NCBI GenBank assembly: GCA_049999805.1
Contig: JBNGIO010006289.1
Location: forward strand, 461,509 to 511,140
From: Folioceros fuciformis
Taxonomy: Eukaryota
Length of the DNA stretch: 49,632 nucleotides
Direction of reading: 5' to 3'
Positions within the stretch are counted from its first letter, which is position 1. Each line of letters starts with the position of its first letter. Of this stretch, positions 33,922 to 45,200 are shown in pieces. The notes beneath the pieces are model-generated. The model was not told the origin of the DNA, did no database searches, and saw only the letters and a program-made list of their open reading frames with translations. The translations under genes were made by a program, and so were the position numbers.

Positions 33922-34890
33922 AGAGTAAGGAAATGATTGTGATCTGGATAACTGTTCCAGAAATACATTTTCACACTAAATAAATATTTAATATTTTATA
34001 GATAAATATATATATATGATATTTGCTAGGGCTAGCCCCCTCCTTTTTGGCTATTGGGCCTCCATGGTTTCTTTCTCCTTTATGTTTGGGGTAGATGGGT
34101 TTTTATCTATTCTTTCTATAGAAATTTTTTTAACAAAATATACTTTATTTCTTTATATTTAGAGGTAGATGAAAACACCCTAAACCCATACATCAAAGAT
34201 GAGGAAATGATATTTTGGTAAAACTTAAGAATCCTAATACTTTAATAAAACTTTGGTTGATACAATTGTGAGCGACATCGTCAAACCAAACCTCTATCCA
34301 AAATTAAGACACAAACAGCTCAATGGCAATACAAGAATATCAAAAGGCCACCATAGGTAACAATATCTCACTAGTTTTTAATTAATGCAAGAAAGATATT
34401 TTCTATTATTGAAAAAGAGATAGAAAGTCTCATCTACTCCAAAGATTGGAGGAATAACCGAGTAGGCCCAAAGGCGAAAAAAAAGTACTAGTCCCTTCGC
34501 ACATCATTCTCAAAAACTACCTAGTGCTCCCAAAATGTTACTATGTGGAGTAACCCAAATTATCATGATGTGAGGCAACACAATAAGAGATATGGTATTT
34601 GCATGTGTATGATAGAACCATGAGCCAAGATGCACAAGTGAAGCTCATGAAGGTGCCACTATAATGTATAGTAGGGATAAGGGCTCTCCTACATCCATGA
34701 ATGTTGTTAGCGTTCCATATTGGGACATTTAACCTCTTGGCCAAGAAATGAATCAAACGGTGTCTTGTTTTACATGCTCTTACAATGGTAGGGTGCCCGA
34801 TTGAAGGAAAATGGTATAGCTTGAACAAATTGATGCTAAGCAACAATTATTCTATGCTTATAATTAAGGTTGCACTAGCCTGGAAAAACA

Positions 34891-35025
34891 ATGAGCTCAA
34901 TCATCTCCCATTGCACTGAAAAGTAATGAACTCCACCATCTCCCAATTCAGCCATACCCCCACTGAACTCAATCATCTTTTGATTCAAAGATAGCTCCAA
35001 TAAACTCAATCATCTTATCATTCAA
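34891..35025. repeat. Degenerate ~36-bp tandem repeat (core AACTCAATCATCT), about 4 copies
   Basis: Related cores near 34891, 34926, 34963 and 35000. Confidence 0.6.
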
Positions 35026-35589
35026 CGATTTATCTTATGCTTTGAACGTCTCCATCACCCACAATTGTCATCTTCCTTTCCATTTAATATAATAATATTT
35101 GAAGCTCTGCGAGCTCACCCTCAGCAGAAGGTTAGCATGATTTGCTCTCACGTTGTGGCATGGTGCGTAGTGAACAACCTTTCAATTTTGCATACCTCTT
35201 GTGGCCAATGCAAAAAAAACTCATATGAAGGCACACAAGGAACATGGGAAAAAAGTTTCAGCATGAAGGAGAGTCACCACTTTTTGCATTGACCTGCCAT
35301 GAGCTAACACTCTTATAAAGGACTTTATAAACATTTTCTACTCTTGTCGGCCCATTCGTAGAATCAATAACATTGTTTCCCAAACGTGCCCTTTGCCATC
35401 CTCTACATGCACATTCTATTGCAGCAAAACCTCATGAAATCCTCAGTAATAACCAAGCCCTCACTTTTTCAAAATGGGAATCTTGTGGATCATGACATAA
35501 TAGGTCATCACTGTGAGTTGCAACTTGGCTGATCTTGCATGGTATGAACGAGAGGAGGAAGCCCACGTTATGAGGGCCAATTGTGTTTG

Positions 35590-37240
35590 AGATGCATGGG
35601 CAGATCTGCAGTTAATAGATTACATTCGGACTCGCTAGATAGCAGAGGGGACTAGTCAACGACACAAGGAAAAGCTGCAACACACGGCAAAACGATACAT
35701 GTGGGAAGATAGAAAGCTGTACATGTCGCAATCTAATGGTCAACGTAAGGTGGTGCCAGCACCAATGAAGTGTGAGGTATTGGTTATGCAAGTGCATGAG
35801 CAACTAGGACATTTTGGTGTCAAACGCACGTTAATGCCAGGATATTGGTGGGTAGGCATGCACAAGCAAGTGAAGGAGATTGTTGCTAAGTGCGAATCAT
35901 GTAATTGAATCAAGGCAAAATTCACGGCGAATGATGTGGTGCTTCATTTTTTGCCTATAAGAGGATTGTTCTACAAGTGGGGAGTTGATTTGTTCCCAAA
36001 ATTGCCAAGGACGTCATGAAGAAATCGTCACATGATGTTGATGATTGAGTACTTCTCCAAATGGATTGAAGTTGCTGTCTTTCACGAGAAGACGTAGTAC
36101 AACACTAGCCAGACATTTTTGCAATGTGTGTTGTCAAGGTTTGGTGCATGTGCTGAAGTTGTGACATATCAAGGATCTGAGTTTAGAGGAGAATTTCAAC
36201 AGCTTATGGACAAGGCGCTCATTGATCATTGTCGCACAAGCAAGGATCATCCACAAGCAGATGGTTTGGCTGAGAGGGGAGTGCAAACTGTCAAGCGTGC
36301 CCTACGAAAGTATTGTTTGCAAAATAACATGAAAGATTGGGATGAAGGGGTGCCATACATGTCGCTGGGCTATCGGGTAAGCACTCAGGCCGCGCTTGCC
36401 AACTTTTCTCCCTATTTTCTATTGCTTGGGAGACATCCATAGTTGCTTAATGTGCAGCAAGTTGCTATGGAAAGACCAATATCATGACAAGATGTGGATG
36501 GTTGTATGAGAGAGCTGCAAAGACGGGCAATATTGTTTCAGCATATAATGCCAATGGCTATGCTCGTACGAAAGGAGGAACTTATTCATGCTTATCTATT
36601 TTCATATTATAATATTAGTGTTTGTAGGGTATAGGTCATTTAATGAAATACTTGCATGAGCAATTCATTCAATAATAGAAAATACTTAGCTATTCATTCA
36701 TGTAAGTTGTGAACAAGTTGCTCATGTAAATAACTTGTCATGTGCTATCAGTGGTCAGTGAGTGGAGAGCATCATTTTATGAGATGTCTTCATTCACAAA
36801 ATACGGGGACCTCATAAAACTAACGATGCATTAAGCTTCTACAATCTATACACACATATGACATATGTAGAGATGGTGTAGATAGAGATGGACTTCATGA
36901 ACTTGGTGATTACGTATACTTGGCTCAACAATCTTCGGATACACTTACTGATAGTAGTGTTGGGCGCACAGTTCTGCGGGTGGTTGTTGTCAAGGACACT
37001 AGGGTGATGGAGATGGAGGGATTTGATGGACGAAGGTGACAAGATCATTTGAAGAACCTAGCTCCTTGTCATTTGCTAGATTTGGATCCAAAGTTACGAC
37101 CTAGCACTTAAATACCACCCAAGGACTTGGAATGCTACATTTGTGGCTGCACCAATGAAGAAGATGTCATGCTCTTGTATTTTGTCTACAACCAGCCGTG
37201 GAAGAAGTATTGCAAGAAGATTGGTTTTGCCCAGACTTTA
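35590..37240 (+). pseudogene. Gypsy pol (integrase + PHD) pseudogene
   Basis: Stops such as 35906-35908 and 36440-36442, frameshifts, and a non-coding interruption at about 36563-36890. Confidence 0.8.
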
Positions 37241-37407
37241 CGAAGTTGCCATAGCCGTGAGCCAACAACCTAATCTTCATTACCAGGTGATACAAGTTGA
37301 TGGATGATTGATGTTGTGTTCAAGAGTTATATGTATGTTTGAATTCTTAGTATGTTGTAGCAGTGCTACAATATATATGTGTTGGTAGAGTACTAACCAG
37401 TAGGGGG

Positions 37408-37998
37408 TGATAGAGCTGCAGCCCCATCATGCAGTGTTTAATGTGTGTGTAATGTGGTATGGTGTGATTATTATTAACTAATGAACAATGCGTGAGTGCG
37501 ATGTTTAGTGGCACAGCATGGCAGTTGTCAAGCATGATTGTGTGTTGTCGCTTAGATGCATGCAAATAGTAATTAGTTAATAACTAAGTGATGCTAATAA
37601 ATGGTATTAATAGTAATTAATAACTATTTAGTGAAGAGGACTAGAAAATATAATATAATATAAAGTCAACTAGATAAACACACAACTAGATGTGTAGATG
37701 TGACTGCAACAGGTCTCAAGTAATAGGCATAAAAGCCTAGCTCAGCGGTGTCCGTTGCAGCTGTAAGCTTGTATTCTCTTGCTTTTTGTGGAATAGGCTA
37801 TTTCTTGAAGGAGCATTCTCTTGAGTGCATCCTCTTCGAAGTGCATTCTCTTATTAGAAATCTGGTTAAGGTGTGCGTGTGCGCAGTGTTCAAGATTATG
37901 TGACCCGATCGAGGATTTGAGAATCCAAGTTACAGCTCTAAGAAGTGTGGATGCAGGTGGAGGAGATTTTGTGGTGTCTAAAGGAAACAAACGCTTCA
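37408..37998 (+). repeat. Putative 3' LTR (TGA...TCA) preceded by purine tract AGTAGGGGG
   Basis: PPT-like run ends at 37407, immediately before TG; TATA-like AT-rich core near 37647-37665; the first ~110 bp recur at about 38004. Confidence 0.55.
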
Positions 37999-38003
37999 CT
38001 CTT

Positions 38004-38115
38004 ATAGAGCTACAGCACCATCATGCAATGTTTAATGTGTGTGTAATGTGGCCTGGTGTGAGTATTGTTAACTAACTGCGAGTGCGATGTTTAGCGGCAC
38101 AAAACGACAAGTGTG
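38004..38115 (+). repeat. Second, partial, diverged copy of the LTR 5' end
   Basis: ATAGAGCTACAGCACCATCATGCAATGTTTAATGTGTGTGTAATGTGG... aligns with 37410-37530. Confidence 0.8.
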
Positions 38116-39684
38116 CCTTAAATGTGGTGGCTTATTGAGATGATAAGGAGGAGCACAAGGAAATGCTTGGATTCAGTGGTTGTGTAACAAGATTATACAA
38201 GTTATTTAAGGACACCAATGAGCAATGGCTATGACCAAAGCTCTTAGGCTAGAACACAAGAAAGAGCTAAATGCAAGTAGTAACGAGGGAAGCGAGTTCG
38301 GGCCTTCCAATGAGAATGATGGCCGGATTCCCATATTGCTAGGAGATTCAAACGAGAAGACGGATGCGGAGGAGGCCAGCAGAAATCCACAAGGCAAGGA
38401 GGTGTTTGTAGACAACTTAGTGGTGCCCGAAGGTTCCATGGAAGTCCTCATTGTTTGCTACGAACCCAAAAGTGCTAGCGGGAGGCAGCTAGCTTGGGCC
38501 TCATTAGCGGGCAAGGGTTTCAACATCATGAAACCCTTGACCCAAATTGGTTTGTCATCGTTTGCGCATAGGGTGATATTGAAGGCAGAAATGGAGAGCA
38601 CTAGCCAGCTGGCGCCCTTCTTCATTTTCTGCTAGAACCCACTGTCGGCGAGTGTGGTGGGCAACCCTAGCCGTCGTCGCAAACCATTTGTGTGGTAAGC
38701 TTTTTCAAAGAATAGTCCTTTGCGTTGAAGTGTAGATGATTGTGTATGGGCGATGCCCTTAATGTGTTCACTATGGTTGCCTTTACGAATTTTGTGTGCC
38801 TATATACTTTTTCTTGGTTTGCACTGCACATGGCATCACATCAATGAATCTAGGAGAACTTGTTAAGGAAAACACTATGGTTGCATGCGGCTCACGTTTT
38901 GTTGATGGCCACCATTATTTTAACCCTTAATTTTTGGAAACACCTCCAAACCGCCGAATTGGTGCCCAAGTTTTGCGACCTTCTATGTCCATAGCTAGCA
39001 AACTACCTTTTAAGTATAATCTAACTCTTTGTAGGAAATGTTATTAGTGTTGGAGATCGCACGGTTGTGAATGGAGGGTCAAAGTCTCTACTTCCTTGAA
39101 CCCCTAGGATTCAAGGGCTAGATAGACTATGGCCTAGTTTATAACTACCTCTGGTCACCTATGCTCACAATTGATGGATAGATTGGTCAGCCTCAAGGCC
39201 AACCTCAAACAACTTCTTAAACTCATGCCACGACGAATATTCCTCATGGGCAAATACTTCACCAATAACCTAGCGAAGATTGCAAGATCTTAAGACCACC
39301 TTTTGACAACCACACTTTTTCACCTCGACATACCACCCAAGTCTTAGACAACTCAAATACTTCTCTTGACTCAATTGAGGGACTCCCCTCCTACTCTTGT
39401 CAGGTGTGAGATTTTATTATTTGTCATATTAGTTCACACAAGACACCCCCTCAAGCACAATGCCTCCAACTACTACAACAACTCCAAGGACCCACAACAC
39501 TTGCAAACACCACCCAACCTTCCCCAGATCTAACGGCTAGCTACTACCTATCCTTCTCTACGTTAAACTCCAATACCAACCTCTTCTTAGCACTATCCTA
39601 CTAACTCCCCCACTTGGAAAGAACCTCCTAACAAGTTGACATTGAGAGAGAAGGAAGGAGACTCACACTCTTTGGGCACCGAGA

Positions 39685-39790
39685 GAGAAGGAAGCAAACT
39701 CACACCCTTCCCAAACACGGCACCCCTCACCCCTAGGGAGAAGGAAGAAAACTCACACCCTTTCCAAACACGGCACCCCTCACCCCTAGG
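39685..39790. repeat. 53-bp tandem repeat, 2 copies plus a partial copy upstream
   Basis: Copies start at 39685 and 39738 (GAGAAGGAAG.AAACTCACACCCTT..CAAACACGGCACCCCTCACCCCTAGG). Confidence 0.9.
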
Positions 39791-39965
39791 ATCCTATGAC
39801 CAGTACACAGCACCCACTCAATGGACAGGTGTGAAGAGAGCAAAGTGAGCTAAACATGACAAAATGTTCCAAGTGCCCCTACTACCTTGTATAGGGCACC
39901 TTCCCTCTCTCTTCAGGGTAGTTATTAATAAGTAATTCAGATCAGTAGGCCATTAGGTTCCTCTA

Positions 39966-40357
39966 ACCCTGCTTGCCTAATGATTACCCCTTCCCAAGGT
40001 GACCTTAGTGGTACTAACCACCTCACACCACTAACTAGAGATTTTCGTCGCTACCACTAATCATCCTACTCTAGGGTCGATGGGTTCTTGCCAATTGGTA
40101 CTCTGGTTCTCAGAGAGTGGGCTGGCACCCTGCTTGCCTAATGATTACCCCTTCTCAAGGTGGCCTTAGTGGTACTAACCACCTCACACCACTAACTAGA
40201 GATTCTCGTCGCTACCACTAATCATCCTACTCTAGGTCGATGGGTTCTTACCAATTGGTACTCTAGTTCTCACAGAGTGGTCTGGCACCCTGCTTGCCTA
40301 ATGATTACCCCTTCCCAATGTGGCCTTATTGGTACTAACCACCTCACCCCACTAACT
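39966..40357. repeat. 160-161-bp tandem repeat, about 2.4 copies
   Basis: Copies start ACCCTGCTTGCCTAATGATTACCCC at 39966, 40127 and 40287. Confidence 0.92.
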
Positions 40358-41364
40358 GGTCTTGCTACTAATCCTAAAAATTCCCATTGGGCCGCTCCTC
40401 CAGTGGTACTATCTAGGGTTCTTCATGTACTACAACTACAAGAGTCAACCAATTAGTGTAGTTGCAACTAGCTTTTCATGAGAACCCCCGAGGCCTTCAG
40501 GCAAAGGGGTTGGGTTCTCTCTTCGTGACAATTGCAACATCTTGTTCCCTAGCTCTCCAACCCTCACAACACCCTCAGGATGTTTGGCTTAGTGACCAAT
40601 TGATAAACTGCTAATAGGTCATTCACGACATGCATGTGGTCAGTTGCCCCTAGTAGTGTGCTTGAGCTCCCTCCTATCCTCTGAACAATTGCCTCACTTT
40701 TGTGAGATGACCTTGGATAGGGCCCCTGTGCCCTATTGGTGTTGTTCTATTGTCTGAAGCCTCTTCTAGTACTGTGCCCTTCCTTTGATCCATTTGTTGG
40801 ACAATTGAGTTCTCGGTTGCAAGGATTCCTACCTGGCTAAAAGAAAGTAGAAAAGAAAAAGGGAAAATAAAACAGAAAAAAGAAAAAAGTTGACTAGACC
40901 GTTTTTAGTCTTTTCTAACAAAATTTGTCCACTAGTATGTCCCAACATTTTGTGGCTCATAAGTGTCACACTAGCAAGAGTGTTGGCTATGAGAACTTCT
41001 TAGAGAGTAGGGCTGGCCTAGTGTTGATGTTTGGTGATTGATCATGCTATTCAATCATGTGTTAATCACCAAACATGTGCCTCTAGCTATTTGTTTGTCC
41101 ACTCTTCTAGTTGGGGGTTGTTATTGGTCAAGTTGGACAAAACTTGTACTTACATTATCTTTAACCCTCTAGGTTGAGCAAGCCAAGTTTGGAGTTAGTC
41201 TTTGCTTTTCTTGTATTGTATCTCTCGTTTAGTCAGATTGAGCATGAGAGAATCAGATAATATGCCTAGGCCCTTTTACATCCTTCTATTGCTAATGTCA
41301 AGGACTACCATGGGTTGGGTGTCCTTTGTTGGGTATTGATCCTTCCTCGAAAAGGCCATCGGTA

Positions 41365-41677
41365 ATATTAGGGACTAGCTTAGGTCATCTTTTCGTGGGT
41401 TGTTCACATTTTTTTTGGGCAAATGGGATGGATGTCGATGTCTTCAAAGTAAAGTTTCCCTCTTTCTTTGGAAGACTAGTCTTTGGAAGGCTAGCTTGGC
41501 AACTAGGCATCGTCCTTAATCCTTCAAGGTCATATTGGGGACTAGCCTAGGTCATCTTTTCAATGGGTTGTTCACCTTTTTTTTGGGCAAATGGGATGGA
41601 TTTGAATGTCTTCAAAGTAAAGTTTCCATCTTTCTTTGGAAGGCTAGCCTGGCAACTAGGCGTTGTCCTTCAAGGTC
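41365..41677. repeat. ~150-167-bp direct tandem duplication
   Basis: Copies start ATATT(A/G)GGGACTAGC at 41365 and 41532, and both end CCTTCAAGGTC. Confidence 0.88.
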
Positions 41678-41857
41678 GGATCTTTTCCTCCCTTTCTTGG
41701 TTTAGCAAGCTAAGTTGGTTAGCTAGTCCTTTTCTCAAGTCCCTTCTGTTCTCCGTCCAGGTCCCTTTCTTTGGTTGGCCGGATCTTTTCCTCCCTTTCT
41801 TGGTTTAGCAAGCTAAGTTGGTTAGCTAGTCCTTTTCTCCAAGTCCCTTCTGTTCTC
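41677..41857. repeat. ~78-bp direct repeat, 103-bp period
   Basis: CGGATCTTTTCCTCCCTTTCTTGGTTTAGCAAGCTAAGTTGG... occurs at 41677 and 41780. Confidence 0.9.
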
Positions 41858-42293
41858 AAGCTAGGCTGGCAACCATGCTTTGTCATTAACCCTTCCGGTC
41901 CGGTTGGGGCTTTCTTTGATAGCCTTATCTGAGTTGGTAGACCAAGTTGGTATTCTTTGCTGGTACCCTTAACCCTTTAAGTCAGGTTGCGATTGCCCAG
42001 CCTATATTCCCCATATTCCTTTTCATCTCTAGAAAATACAAATTTAACAAAGTATTAAAATATAAACTAGAATATAACCGACAAAAAGGACAACATGTCG
42101 GACGCCACACCTGTTCAAATGATGTCAAGCCTGTTGCCTGCTTCTTTTTGCCTACTTTAATGCGAGTTAGGGTCCACATCAGTTAGGGATCAAACGATGT
42201 GGAGAGCTGTTGTGCCTACCCTAATGCCAATTAGAGAAAAAAGACAACTAATGCCAATGTGGCCATTCGTCCAATATACTCTTTAGCAGTTAT

Positions 42294-45200
42294 CTATGCT
42301 GCCATGGCAATCGCTGTGACTGCCTTCTTTGATCCGGTCGCATTCCTAGTTGCTCTCTTCTGAGCTTGCACCCTGCTTGGTGGAAGGTGCAATCTGCTAA
42401 CCAAAGGCTTCGGAGCTCTTGTGATCCTGTCAAAACCTCGAACACAAACACAACCTGCATTTGTACAGAAATGTTGTTCAGTGAGCTGGTTCATAAAGTT
42501 CCGGGTAACCAGTTTCACAATTTCCAATGAAGGAGAGAAATCACAATTTTTTTGTAGTATTACCTGACCAACCGCATTCTCGAATCTCGTTCATGGTCAT
42601 TCCTGTGAGATAGGAGGAGTTAGAGATTAATTGGGGCTGACAACTACTGTAGGTTGCTGCCAAGAAACCACAAGGCGACTGGACAAGACATGCTTAAGCA
42701 CAGTGTCAGTGATCAGTTGGGGAGACTATGTACCTCTGTAGATGTTTGTGGCAGTTGTTCCAAAGAAGACCTTCTGCCGTCTCAAATTCCATAGCCAGCC
42801 TCTTGGCACTACGAGGGGGTCAATGCTACTCCTGTGATCCGCAAAAACCTGGACCATACACAGGTGTAAGATTTGAGATAATTTCACAAACCCACTCAAC
42901 ACCAGCTGAACCTCAGATGCCTCTGAGCTTAAAGGTGCAGGTACTACCTCATTCTTCTGGAAATATGTCCCATTCAAAGGGAAGGTGCCTCTCATGGCTG
43001 TTCTGCAAGGTATCTGTCATGAGCAAAAGATAGAGTGTGAATATCTACGACTTCCTTTTGTGTGGAACGGAAATGATTTATCAGGTCCAATCTAACAGAG
43101 GAGGAACTCAACGAGAAACAGTAATTTTGGAGACCCTCACCAGTAGTGTTCCTCGTACAGTCTCTGGGTCCTCGACACTGTTGGATTCAGATGACTTCTC
43201 ACGACCAAGGGTGCTTGACAGGAACTGCGAGCCTTCTCCTGCAAAATCCAGTTTGTACATTCCATCTTACACTGTACAGCGTTTGTATCTTCACCTATTC
43301 TGCTAGGCTGCTTGCATAAGAACTATACCTGGACTCCAAATTGCCAGCTGATAATAATAAGGATCAGCCCCTTCCCTCGGTTCGACCTGAGGAGACGAGT
43401 CCTGAATTTAGCACAGCGATGAAGGGTTGCATTCCCACTGTTGAATGCTGATACTCAATGCATAGGGGATGATGCTCGTTTACCTCTCTCAACAACGGAT
43501 GATCGTCCGGAAGTACATACCTGCAACCAAATTTTAGAGATACTGGCTGGCTGATCAGCAGGATGCTAAACTGCGGTAACCAAACATATCAAGGTACTGG
43601 TTTGAGATCTTACACGTCGTGGGTTGTTCTCAGTCTTTCCTGTTTCTTTAGTGGTATCGGTGACCGTGAAGCTATTTCTGGAGGGACTAGAACTAGCTCT
43701 CTGGATGATGAAGTACCAGGTGGCAGGTCATATGATACGGCATCGCCTTCATTTCTTGTGAACTCATGAGAGGCAGCCAAACAATTCCAACAGTTGTTGG
43801 GAGCTGAACAATTCCCACAGTTGTTGGGAGCTGAACAATCCCGACAGTTGTTGGGAGCTGAACAACCTCCACAGTTCTTGGGAGCTGAACAACCCCCACA
43901 GTTCTTGGGAGCTGAACAACCCCCACAGTTCTTGGGAGAACTACAAGTTGGTTCTCTAGAGTCCAGCTTCCTGCCCAAGCTCGACAAGTGAGCAAGCTCA
44001 TCAGTAGGGACCCGGCGATACTGGCTATATTCGTGCATCACCTCTTGATGGGCAGGTGTATCTAGATTCAAGAGGCTGGATGCTCGAAAGATACTCTGAC
44101 TTGAATATGGTCCAGCTTGTTTTGATGTAGTAACTTCCTGATAACAAAGATCCTCTATATCGGAGCAGTACGCCTCTTCAACAATAGGCTCAGGCGAATT
44201 AGGCTCTTCAATGATAGGCTGGCAAGCGGATGAATGAAGTTCCAATTTTGAACCGTCCAGAGGAAATCTTGGAGTCATATCTTCTGGAACTGTTCCTGGT
44301 GCCTCCAGTTGCAGGACCGCACCTCTGTTTCCAGTATCCTCAGGTCCTTTCAGTAGAAGTTGGGATCTGTCCACAAGGAAACTAGAAGTATTTAATATTT
44401 ACATTCTGACCCGTGCAAGTATTACACCCCGACACGTACAATGTGGCATTTATAGCAAGACCCAACACGACTCTTGCGAAAGTTAGGAACTGACCTGGCA
44501 AGGCTTTGGTAATGCTTACATTCGTCACGCATTGGACAAGCTTGACAATTCGGTTTACTTTTAGTGCAGAAAACCTGCATGATCAGTACTTAATTGAGTT
44601 CAGTGCGACCTGACAGCTGTGATCGAAACTGAAAAAGAACTTCGAATAGCTATATGTAGTTGACTGGCAGTAAGAACAGAAGGGTGAGAGGAGGCAGAGA
44701 GAAGTCACCTTGCCGAAGGTGATCATCTGATAATGGAGTTCATATCTGCATAAAGTTACCCCTCAAACGTCATTGCCATTCGCAAGCAACATGACAGGGT
44801 CTGAACTATCCAGGTCTCCAGGAGACTTCTGTCAGAAGAGATAACAAGAGGCAAGAGAAGCGTACAGAGTTTTTTGGTCCAATGAACACAGCCTTGGCCA
44901 CAAATATTGCTGTATATGTTCCTGCACTGGATACCTGCACATGAAAGAGCTTGCGGTGAGCACGAGAAGATGTAGATGGCTTTCGAAAGATACTACCAAG
45001 ACATAGTCGCTAAAGTCTTTGAAGAAGAACACGTACAGCTGCAGGAGATGTAAACTAAGTTCATCTGGCAAAGGTTCTAGAGGCACCCAACCAAGCCTCA
45101 CAACTATCCTCCCAACATTTGTGTCGACCTGCCACAAAAAATAATGCCATTGCTGAGATGACAAGCATGGAAGGATACAAAACAAAGGTAAACTTAAACA

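Larger units (their letters stand above)
35520..37998 (+). mobile_element. Decayed Ty3/Gypsy LTR retrotransposon 3' portion (integrase, PHD remnant, PPT, 3' LTR)
   Basis: Integrase zinc finger HEQLGHFGVKRT..GYWW..CESC, core WGVDLF, EVVTYQGSEF (D->Y) and HPQADGLAERGVQT, C-terminal GDYVYL..RTVLRV..DHLKNLAPCHL; several premature stops. Confidence 0.85.

Noticed and set aside
34540-35500. Possible DNA-transposon remnant
   Set aside because: Fragmentary frames with no motif I can identify and no TIRs found.
38225-38635. 136-aa ORF in the repeat island
   Set aside because: No gag, protease or RT motif recognisable; likely decayed TE sequence.
39685-41857. Direct repeats as a CRISPR array
   Set aside because: Units are contiguous tandem duplications without unique spacers; the context is eukaryotic and has no cas genes.
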